Under the pieces are notes generated by a model, which did not search any database, had not been told where the DNA came from, and saw nothing but the letters and a program-made list of their open reading frames with translations. 24,219 nt of DNA from Emiliania huxleyi CCMP1516. Lineage: Eukaryota. Made by a program: the position numbers and the translations under genes. Numbering within the stretch: the stretch's first letter is position 1; each line of letters starts with the position of its first letter. Positions 1 through 9,524 of this stretch are shown piece by piece. Location: contig NW_005201165.1 in the NCBI RefSeq assembly GCF_000372725.1, positions 312,853 through 337,071 on the forward strand. The letters are read 5' to 3'.

Positions 1-1240
1 GGCCTCGAGCGTACTGAGGTCGGCTGTCCCGAGCTCGTTGAGCAGACCCTCCAGCACAATGCTGAGCTGCGTCGGTGCCATGTGTCGACGTGTCCAAGGG
101 AACGGACGTCGCCGAAGGCCTTAGTTCACGCCGAAAAGTACGTCGAACGCCCCCTGCTAGCTGGGGCACGCTCCCACGCGGCTGGGGGCCGCTCTCCAGC
201 TCGATTAGGGCGCTTTTCGCGCGATTTTACGGAATTACGGATTGGAGGGGGGTGGCGGCACATAGGGGGAGGGGGAGACGCGCATCTACGAATCAAGTTG
301 GTGCCGGAAAAGACACCGCCACATTCCTGAGACGCGCGAGGGCAGCCTCCTTAAAGGCAATGGGGTCTAGATTCGGAGCGCTCGCCGAAGGGGAGTACGA
401 CAAAATAGCGCCCGTGATTGCCTGCACGCTGCCCGCACTCACGGACCCCATACCCGAAAGAAAGAGAGGGGAGCTCGCGGGAGAGGTGACGAGTGAACTA
501 CAGGTAGTGGGGAAGGCAGCCTCGATTGCCATACAGACATGGGTGCGAAACAACGACAAGACCAAGGCACGGGCAGAGGAACGAGAGAAGAATATAGGGC
601 GGATAAAGCGCCTGTTCACGGCATGGAGGGTGAGCCCACGCCGAACGTACTGAACGTAGAGCCGAGCGGAAGGAAGAGGGGGAAGACGACTCCGAGGAGG
701 ACGAACCAGTGGAAATCCCGTTGTCAGCCGTCACGATGCACCCGAAGGGGACCCCAGCGCCGGCATCATCAGTGAAGGCACAAGTGTTCGAAGAGAGAGT
801 GGACCTGAGCAACGATATGACTGGGTGGCAAATGATCGCAGTGGGCGTCAGAAGACTCGTCCTTGCTCGAGGAGAGCTCGATAGACTCGAGGGGCCAGGA
901 TATGCAGCGAGGAGGACGGAGCTGCGCCGAAAGGCGCAAGAAGCCGCGAGAGCAAGGGACCGGCAGGCGGCGGCGGCGTCGCAGAACGAGGCAGACGAGA
1001 GCGACGCGACAGAGGAGGAAGCGACAGGAGGGAGAACGACGAGAGTGGGACGACCGCGAGGTGGCATGAAGGTTGCAGCGAGAATCGGCGAGAGACTGCG
1101 AAGAGAGATAGGAAGAGGCGGACGCCCAAGGGTGGGCGACGGCTAGCGCACCACACTCCTCTCTTAAAATCCCTGTGTGGTGGCGGCGTGCCGTCCTCCC
1201 ATCCCTCCCTTGGGTTGTCCGTTTTCTTTCTTTCTTTCTT
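1..1240 (+). mobile_element. Degenerate 3' part of a non-LTR (LINE-like) retroelement with 3' UTR and (TTTC)n tail
   Basis: Broken ORFs (75-653, 709-1146). A frameshifted C...EQTLQH.LSC motif near 25-70 resembles the C-terminal zinc knuckle of LINE ORF2. It ends in a (TTTC)n tail at ~1222-1240, and the last ~78 bp recur inverted at ~3165-3248. Confidence 0.45.
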
Positions 1241-1261
1241 ACACTGGGCACGGGGACTGGC

Positions 1262-1361
1262 NNNNNNNNNNNNNNNNNNNNNNNNNNNNNNNNNNNNNNN
1301 NNNNNNNNNNNNNNNNNNNNNNNNNNNNNNNNNNNNNNNNNNNNNNNNNNNNNNNNNNNNN
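1262..1361. other. Assembly gap (100 N)
   Basis: Run of exactly 100 N. Confidence 0.99.
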
Positions 1362-1634
1362 CGCGCCACCAGTCCCGTGCCCAGTGTTGTGCAAAAGAAA
1401 AGAACACGGTTCTCTATTTATTGATATAATAGGTAGGCTAGTCGTAAGAGGTAGTCGCAGGGTCCTACTGTAGGTTAAGTGTCGATCGATATAAGGCCTG
1501 ATACATGGGTCAAGTCTCTCATCGCTGCCGTCGCTATCGCTTTCGTGCGCAAAGTGCCCTCTGCATTCGCCGAGACAGCCACTGACACCCCATACGCAGA
1601 GACGAACGTGTGTCGTACTCGTAGCGTCAACGGG

Positions 1635-2930
1635 CTAGTCGAAAGGGTCCTCGCCGCCCTGATGCAGCAGCATGTTGCCCAGAAGCTTGAGCTGCATATC
1701 TGCGGGCAGTCCGGGCCCGAGCGGCATGGCAGGCACCGTCTCGGACGATGATGCAGCCGGCGGAGCTGTGCGCTTCGCGGCCTTCTTCTTTCGCGAGCGT
1801 GCCGCTGCAGCTTCCTCCGCCGCAGCCTGCTCCTCCCGTCGCCGCTTCTCCTTCTGTGCCAGCGGCAGCAGCGTTTTCTTCCAGTCCTCGCCCGCCTTTT
1901 GGATACACCTGTCTCGCAGCTTTGTGCTGGCGTCGCTGCCGGGATGCTTCATCGCCGCCTCGAGCAGCGGCATTGCGACGTCACTGCCGAGGTTGTCCAG
2001 GAACGACTCGTCGACGACGGCCTCCAGGAAGCTCGCGTCAATATCGTCCGCGCGCCGGGTGCAGTAGTCTGCGACAAGCCGCACGACACACCACGACACA
2101 CCAGCTCCCCCGTGCCTCTGGTGGTAGTAGCCCCCGCCGTGGTAGTAGCCCCCGTGGTCGGCCTCCGGTCTGTGGTCCGATGTGACCACACGAGCGAAGA
2201 GCGTGTGGTGCAGAGCAAACAGATCGTGGAGCTCCGGGCAGCCGCTGAAGTTATCGGCCGTAGCCGGGTCGAAACGATGATCTCCAGGCAAAAAGACGTG
2301 GTCCGCGTACAGCTGGAGTTGTTCGGCGGCAGCCTCCACCGCAGCGTCTATCAGCTTGTCCTGCGAGAAGAGATGAGCGTGCGCGATGTACGTCGGAGCG
2401 CACGTGTAGTCGAGACTCTCCTCGAGATACAGCTTCACCTCAGCATGGAGCGAGGGGTTCGCCGTATACTCGGCCAGGTGGAACAGCGCGCAAGCGTTTT
2501 CTTTGGTCGCTTGCAGCTCACCCGTGTACACATAATCGAGGAAAGCGGGCATCGCCTCCGCAGCCTCGGCATCCAGGTCCAGCTTGCTCTCGCCACGCGC
2601 TGCCTCTGCGAGGCGCGAAGCGCCATTGCCGCGGCACTGTCGCACGAAATAGTCACTCTTGCGCGGGCCGCCTGCAATCACGACCTTGTGGACATGATAC
2701 GTCTTGCTGTTCCGGGCGGCGTCCGGCACGTTGACCTCGATGCGCCAATCAGAGAGAGTCTCATCCGGATCATCACGCCACGAGAGCGACGCGCCCTTCG
2801 CCGCTGGCTCATCGCCGCCGCCGTAGTCGCCGACATTGAAGCGACGAGTCATGGCATCAACAAGCACAGACGACCACGTGTCAAACGTGTCACTTCTTTG
2901 TACTGGTAAAAAAGGAGGTCGTGCGTCCAT
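1635..2930 (-). CDS. BTB/POZ domain protein (431 aa, intronless)
   Basis: BTB signature: LSDWRIEV...YHVHKVVIA...SDYF...MPAFLDYVYTGEL...NACALFHLAEY. A helical BACK-like region and a basic tail follow. Confidence 0.85.
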   Translation of the reverse strand: MDARPPFLPVQRSDTFDTWSSVLVDAMTRRFNVGDYGGGDEPAAKGASLSWRDDPDETLSDWRIEVNVPDAARNSKTYHVHKVVIAGGPRKSDYFVRQCRGNGASRLAEAARGESKLDLDAEAAEAMPAFLDYVYTGELQATKENACALFHLAEYTANPSLHAEVKLYLEESLDYTCAPTYIAHAHLFSQDKLIDAAVEAAAEQLQLYADHVFLPGDHRFDPATADNFSGCPELHDLFALHHTLFARVVTSDHRPEADHGGYYHGGGYYHQRHGGAGVSWCVVRLVADYCTRRADDIDASFLEAVVDESFLDNLGSDVAMPLLEAAMKHPGSDASTKLRDRCIQKAGEDWKKTLLPLAQKEKRRREEQAAAEEAAAARSRKKKAAKRTAPPAASSSETVPAMPLGPGLPADMQLKLLGNMLLHQGGEDPFD

Positions 2931-3164
2931 CGCGCCAGCCTAAATTATGCTGCTTTGGATTTGAGGTGAGAGAGAGATTTTAGAAAACTTGAGGTGAGAT
3001 AACTCTTTCATGCGTGTAACTTGTGGTTTCATCTATTACGCTGCGCGAGCTGTGCAGCTTGCTGTGGAGTTTCTTTTGCACACGTAGTGTACCTGTGTTA
3101 GTGCCAGTGCCCGCCAGTAAAAACGAGAAAACAAAAAGACAACCCAAACGAGGGAACAGAAAAA

Positions 3165-3248
3165 GAAAGAAAGAAAGAAAGAAAGAAAACAGACAGCCCA
3201 AGGGAGGGATGGGAGGACGGCACGCCGCCACCACACAGGGATTTTAAG
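3165..3248 (-). repeat. 5'-truncated copy of the retroelement 3' end at 1163-1240, (TTTC)n tail
   Basis: Reverse complement matches 1163-1240 (cttaaaatccctgtgtggtggcggcgtgccgtcctcccatccctcccttggg...) with 2 mismatches. Confidence 0.9.
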
Positions 3249-3271
3249 GTGATTTTTTTGTGCGAGGGAAA

Positions 3272-3465
3272 AGAATAAATAAATAAATAAAACGGGCACG
3301 CCAAACGAGGGGTGGGAGAAGGACAGGGTCCCCACCTGCACGAGCAGGATCTTGTAAGGACGATCAGGGACACAGGGGAAAGGGAGTGGGGAGCGCATCG
3401 CGACACGGAGGGGGGCTGGGCAGGGTTCACCCAGACGACAGGGTCCCAGGGAGGAGGGGAAAGAA
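3272..3465 (-). mobile_element. Second retroelement-like 3' end with (TTTA)n tail
   Basis: Minus strand ends ...cccacccctcgtttggcgtgcccg followed by (ttta)n. The terminal motif is related to that of the (TTTC)-tailed element. The 5' boundary is uncertain. Confidence 0.45.
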
Positions 3466-3511
3466 CACAGACAAGTTCGCCGCAAATTTCTTTTTGCACA
3501 CACATCGCACG

Positions 3512-4873
3512 ATGTTGGGCGCCGCCGCGTTAGCAACCTTGGCGGATGTTCCTTTTGGCTGGGAGTACCACTGCTTCTACGGCGCCAGCCTCTTCCGCGA
3601 ACTGGACAGCTCGGGCACCGTGTACAACGAATTTCCTCAGGCTGCACAGCTCGTCCCGGCCGGCGCAAAGGCAGGCGAGAGCTCCGCGGCGGCGGCGGCC
3701 GTCTCCCCATCGTCGACGGCGACCGAGCGCGTGCGCGACGCGCTCGGCGCGCTCTCCGGTACCTGCTTCTTTATGCGCTCGGGGTACTGGACGTACGAGG
3801 TGTGCCCCGGCAACTCGGTGCGGCAGTACCACGCGGAGAACGCTCTCTCGGGCGCCGCCAAGGTGAGGACCGAGTTCTCGCTCGGAACGCACAACCCCGC
3901 CGCGGACAAGTACATCGAGAGCTCGCAGCGCTTCATTCAGAAGTACGTGAGCGGCGCAGACGGCCGCTCATCGACCGTGCAGCACATCTGCGCCGGAAAC
4001 CGACGCGACGAGGACGGAGTCATCTCGGTGGCGGAGCCGGCTGCACGGAGCTACCTCATCACGCTCCGCTCAGCCGCCATGTGCGCCGCCGCCGCCGCCG
4101 CCGCTGGCGCCGACGCCGACACAGGAGGCAAGGCGACTCGCGGTTCCTCCGCCGCCGCCGCCTCCGCCGCCGCCTCCTCCGCCGCCGCCTCCGCCGCCGC
4201 CTCTCCGGCCGCGGCGGCGTCTGTTGGTGCGAGCGGGGGCGTGGAGGAGGTGCCCGTGGCGCCTGACCTCGAGCTGGCTCCGCTGCGGCTGCTCGACAAG
4301 CTCGGCCGGCGCTGCTTCCAGCACTCTAAGGACTACTGGACGTACGAGGTCTGCCCCACCAAGCAGGTGCGGCAGTACCACCTCGAGGGCCGAAAGGTGA
4401 CGACAGAGTTCCTGCTCGGCAAGTACGACCCCGCCGCCGACAAGCTCGGCACCGGCGCCACGTACACCCAGACGTACGTCAACGGCTCGGGCGCACGAAG
4501 CGCGGCTCTGCGCGTGCGGTGCGGACGGAAGAACGAGCACACGCTGCTCGGCGTCGAGGCGAGATGCGAGCCGAGATGCGAGCCGAGATGCAGGCCGAGA
4601 TGCGGGGCGGTTAGCAGCCGAGATGCAGCCGAGATGCAGCCGAGTCGCTGCTCGGCGTCGGGGAGAGAGGTTTGTTACGAAAGCCGCGCGCGAAGAGTCC
4701 CCCTCGCGCCCTGCTGCCCGCAGGAGCCGGCCAAGCACCAGTACGTCCTCGACTTTACCACCCCGTTCGCGTGCGCCCCTCTGCAGCGCCCTCTTGCCCG
4801 CCTCCTTTCCCCGCTCGTGTCCCCGCAGCGCCGCTCTTGGCCGCAAGCCTCCACCCCCACCGCCCGCAGCTAG
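3512..4873 (+). CDS. OS9/ERLEC1(XTP3-B)-like ER lectin with two MRH (PRKCSH-type) domains; GC-AG intron 4559-4723; 3' end uncertain (possible further intron after ~4775)
   Basis: Two copies of C...YWTYEVCP...VRQYH...TEFxLG...QxYVxG...C...EPA..Y...C separated by an Ala-rich linker. Short hydrophobic N-terminus. Removing the intron gives GVE|EPAKHQYVLDF, parallel to SVAEPAARSYLITL in domain 1. Confidence 0.85.
   Translation: MLGAAALATLADVPFGWEYHCFYGASLFRELDSSGTVYNEFPQAAQLVPAGAKAGESSAAAAAVSPSSTATERVRDALGALSGTCFFMRSGYWTYEVCPGNSVRQYHAENALSGAAKVRTEFSLGTHNPAADKYIESSQRFIQKYVSGADGRSSTVQHICAGNRRDEDGVISVAEPAARSYLITLRSAAMCAAAAAAAGADADTGGKATRGSSAAAASAAASSAAASAAASPAAAASVGASGGVEEVPVAPDLELAPLRLLDKLGRRCFQHSKDYWTYEVCPTKQVRQYHLEGRKVTTEFLLGKYDPAADKLGTGATYTQTYVNGSGARSAALRVRCGRKNEHTLLGVEARCEPRCEPRCRPRCGAVSSRDAAEMQPSRCSASGREVCYESRARRVPLAPCCPQEPAKHQYVLDFTTPFACAPLQRPLARLLSPLVSPQRRSWPQASTPTARS
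4559..4645 (+). repeat. Intronic tandem repeat (gccgagatgc-type units)
   Basis: Repeated ccgagatgc units inside the predicted intron. Confidence 0.8.
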
Positions 4874-5334
4874 TACCCGTCGTCGTGGCCCGCACCTCCC
4901 TCACTTCGGCCTCCGACGCCCCAAAGGTGCGACATCAACTGCGTAAGGGCGAGGCCGCGACCAGCAAAGCGCGGGGAGGCAGAGGAGCAGCAGGGTGGGT
5001 CTCCCTGAGCGCGCTGGAGCGGGGGCCGCTGTGCGGCGCTCGTGCTAGACAGTATGAGAGTGGGGGGGAGCCGGAGAGGGAAAGCGCGAGACGCGGGCGG
5101 TCTGTGGGGCTGCGGGCTGTCGCCGCGCATTGGAGGTCGCGTCGCTTATTTAATGGGAGAACTCCAGGAATCCGCGTTCGCGCGTCTCTCAAGCTTCCTG
5201 GGGCAGAAAACACTGCAAGTGTAAGCCGCGCACCCGCGCGGATGCGCCCCCGCAGCCGCACGCGATCCTCTCAGATGGAAACAGATGCGATCTCTCACCA
5301 CTTTTCTCTGGCCGCCTCGACTGCGTTATCTCAG

Positions 5335-5949
5335 TCACGCAAGCCACACGTGCCGCATCCAGTGGGGAATGACAATGGCCGAGCCGTGCATCGCAAGTGC
5401 GGTCGCGCCGCCCAGGACAAGCGAACGGAAGGCGGCGCGCTTGACTCGCGGGGCGAGGTCAGCCTCGGCTTGATAAAAATCCCGGTTTAGCAGCAGCGTC
5501 TCGTAGATGAAGCTCAGGCCGGCTCCGAGCATGAATCCGCGTAGCATGGTTTCGAGCGAGGCGAAGATCATGCTGACTCGCTCTCCCTGCCTGCCCTCCT
5601 GCGCCCTCGTGGCTCGGCGGCGCTCCCGAGCCTCGCTCGCCAGCGCCATCAGGATGGTTCTCTTGACCTCGGGAATGGGAAGCTTTGCTATCTGCTCGTC
5701 AGAGAGGAAGCGCACATCGTCTGGCGAGTCCACGCCCGCGCCGCCGGCTAGAAAGCTCGGGTTGCGCATGATGGGATCGATGCAGCACTCAAGGCCGTGG
5801 TCGGCGAGAAAAGTCCTCGTGTCGCTCGCGTGTCGCTGGTGCTCGGTGGAAGGAGCCATGCTGGGATCGGCTGCGCCATCGAAGGCGGCAGCTACACCGT
5901 GCACGTCGACGAACGATTTTACTACTGCGAGGGAGAAGAGCGCTTGCAT
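5335..5949 (-). CDS. Hypothetical protein with SAM-like domain and C-terminal hydrophobic segments
   Basis: FLADHGLECCIDPI...GVDSPDDVRFLSDEQIAKLPIPEVKRTILMAL fits the SAM helix pattern. Two hydrophobic stretches follow. ATG at 5949; 3' end may be spliced. Confidence 0.5.
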   Translation of the reverse strand: MQALFSLAVVKSFVDVHGVAAAFDGAADPSMAPSTEHQRHASDTRTFLADHGLECCIDPIMRNPSFLAGGAGVDSPDDVRFLSDEQIAKLPIPEVKRTILMALASEARERRRATRAQEGRQGERVSMIFASLETMLRGFMLGAGLSFIYETLLLNRDFYQAEADLAPRVKRAAFRSLVLGGATALAMHGSAIVIPHWMRHVWLA

Positions 5950-5958
5950 GATTGATGA

Positions 5959-6235
5959 TGCTCTGGTGGCGCCTTCGGCCGCGTCGTGCGACCCGTGCGT
6001 GACACGGAACGGACGCGTCCCGGCAAAAAAGGAAACTCTAGATCCAAGTGTGTGTGTGTGTGTGTGATCCCAAGGGGGGGAGCTGATCCCACTCGTAACC
6101 AACTCTCGACTTGTTGACGAGACCAACAAGGCTAAAGATGGCGTCAGGCAGTCGGGTCAACTTGCTCTGGTGGCGCCCTCGGTCCCGGCCGCGTCGTGCG
6201 ACCCGTGTCACGCACGGCAAAAAAGGAAACTCTAG
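5959..6235 (+). repeat. Imperfect ~75-80 bp direct repeat (5959-6041, 6163-6235)
   Basis: Shared blocks tgctctggtggcgcc, cggccgcgtcgtgcgacccgtg and cggcaaaaaaggaaactctag. Confidence 0.9.
6048..6162 (-). mobile_element. Short (CA)n-tailed insert, possible retroelement 3' end
   Basis: Minus strand ends ...cccccccttgggat(ca)n. Internal hairpin cttgttg/caacaag at 6110-6130. It sits between the direct repeats. Confidence 0.35.
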
Positions 6236-6239
6236 TTTC

Positions 6240-6745
6240 GAGGGAGGAGGCGGCGAATTTGGTTTTGCTTTTCTTTTCGACCACGCGTATGGAAAGGGGT
6301 GGGTCAAGACGGATACGGGCTGGAAGTGGATGGGGGCGCAGTACTACGACGCGAAGTGGGTCAAGAAGGCCATAACGCGGCTGGTGCTCGTGGAAACTTT
6401 GGGAGGCATTGCGCCGCCCACCAAGCAGTTTCTCCACGTGTTCGCCAAGGAGGCGGCGGGCGCCAACACGGACCGGACGGTGTACGGGGCGGCGTCGGCG
6501 CGAGCGCCTCCTCCTTCGTCGTCCACCACACGCAGCAGATCTCCAAGGCGGCGGTGGCGGGCGACGCCGAAAACATCAACAAGCAGGCGCGCAAGGAGCG
6601 TACCGACTGGATCAACAAGCAAAAGAACAAGCAAGCGACAAACGGCTTCTTGTCCTCGGCCCCAGTGGGGGGTGCCCGCGCCGCCTACCTAGCTCTGCAG
6701 ACGGGCCCCTCCACCCTTCGTGTAATCATGTAGATTGTAGTCCCC
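6240..6745 (+). pseudogene. Frameshifted C-terminal fragment of a restriction-like-endonuclease (CRE/R2-type) non-LTR retrotransposon
   Basis: LVLVETLGGIAPPTKQFL...DRTVYG, a frameshift near 6490, then SFVVHHTQQISKAAVAGDA. This resembles the VETxGG...QRISxAxxxGNA end of RLE elements. Confidence 0.6.
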
Positions 6746-6997
6746 ACATTCGCAATCGTGGGATCGCTTGTCATGTTGTTGTGTTCAACGCGGTATGGGT
6801 GGACGCTAGACAGATGATGACGGCACGCACGAGCGACAAGACACAAGGTGCTAAATTCTCTTTCCCGTGGTGTACCTGTGTTAGTGCCAGTGCGAGCCAG
6901 TCCCGTGCCCAGTCCTGTGCCCAGTGTCGTGCGAGGGAGTTTTGTTGTAAAATTCTCTTTTCACTCGCGCGGTGCACACTTTTGGTTGTCTCGACGT

Positions 6998-8258
<1,261 letters not shown>

Positions 8259-8543
8259 TGTTCTTGTGCGTTGTGGGCGAATCGTGCTAAACGTCTGATC
8301 TCTGTTACTGTCATGGCACACGACAATTCTCGCTGTGACTGACAAACTTACTAGTTAGGCCACGGAGAGGATTGTGAGGATGCCAGCCGTCTGCCCACAC
8401 GATGCAAGAGAAGACGGAGGCGTGTAATCACTTACACGACGACGAAAATAGGAATCACTTATTCGAAAATAGGAATTCGAATTGCTAATCTCTTTTTTCG
8501 AGACGCTGCGAAGAACGCCGGGCGCCCGGCTCCGTGCGCTAGC

Positions 8544-9113
8544 ATGACGACCACGATGACCACGCTGGTGCTACTCCTGCTGTCGCAAGGCGCGCAGGCG
8601 GCCTTACATCAGCGCATGCCTCAGCAGCGGTCACGGCCAGGCGCTGAGGTGTCCATGCAGGACGCGTCTCAACCGGCTGTGACCGCGCGAGCCGCGTCTG
8701 CCGCGCTCCTTCGCATTGGCACGGTGCCGTTCTGTCTGCTGCCGCTTATGCCGCTCGTCTCAGACGACCTCCGACCAATTTGCGAGCCACTGCTGATATG
8801 CCACGCGAGCGTGATCATCGCCTTCATCGGCGGCCTTCAGCAGGCTGCGGCGATCCAGCACGATCTGCCGCCGTGGATCGCAGTCCTGGCCATAGGCATT
8901 GCCCTCTTCGGAACGACGACCACTTCTGCCATCGCAACCGGCCTCATCTCAACCCACCTGGCGTTTATCACGCTCACGGTCGCCTACCTTTTGCAGCTGC
9001 TGATCGAGAGGACCATCCCGCCCACGGCGAAGCAGTCCATGCTCGCCGCCGAGCGCCAGCTGCCGATGATCGTGGCTAGTTTCTCTCTTGCGGTGGGCGC
9101 GGCTCTCACCTGA
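8544..9113 (+). CDS. DUF3429/TMEM69-like multi-pass membrane protein with N-terminal signal-like peptide
   Basis: LICHASVIIAFIGGLQQAAAI resembles the YGAVILSFLGGxxW motif. Four to five hydrophobic segments. Confidence 0.6.
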   Translation: MTTTMTTLVLLLLSQGAQAALHQRMPQQRSRPGAEVSMQDASQPAVTARAASAALLRIGTVPFCLLPLMPLVSDDLRPICEPLLICHASVIIAFIGGLQQAAAIQHDLPPWIAVLAIGIALFGTTTTSAIATGLISTHLAFITLTVAYLLQLLIERTIPPTAKQSMLAAERQLPMIVASFSLAVGAALT

Positions 9114-9524
9114 CGCAGATGTTCGGCGCGGGCCGACGTTGGCTAATGTAGGATACTCCGCGGAACTCTAAGGGTAGGGGAGCAACACATCAGTTTGCGT
9201 CGAGATATTCTATGACGATAGCAATAGCATCTAGTATCTTTGTTTCTCTTGTCTTTTCACTTTAGACTTTTTTGTGTTTTTCGCGTCACCGTCGTTTGGA
9301 AGGCTCTCCACACACACATCCGCTAAACATCACATCCATGCGGCCCACGCCACACGCCACCACGAACATGAACAAGCCGACGCGACAAGCACCCACACAA
9401 CGCTCACAATCGACAATGCTGGGGAAAGGATCTGAAGTGACTAGAAGTCAGATGGATAGTCACCCTCTGCGACTCGCCCGCTCGGGTCACCACACGGCCA
9501 TCGCAGGGGGGGGGGGGGGGGGCA

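Noticed and set aside
1241..1387. Inverted repeat across the N gap
   Set aside because: Gap size and orientation are unknown, so this may reflect contigs breaking in the same repeat family
1163..3248. BTB gene captured in a TIR transposon (78-bp inverted repeats flank it)
   Set aside because: The repeats carry simple-repeat tails pointing inward, and the left copy is continuous with an upstream retroelement remnant. No TSD was seen and an assembly gap intervenes. Two independent 3' ends explain it better.
8426..8481. Short tandem duplication (aatcactta / cgaaaataggaat)
   Set aside because: Likely local slippage; no evidence of function
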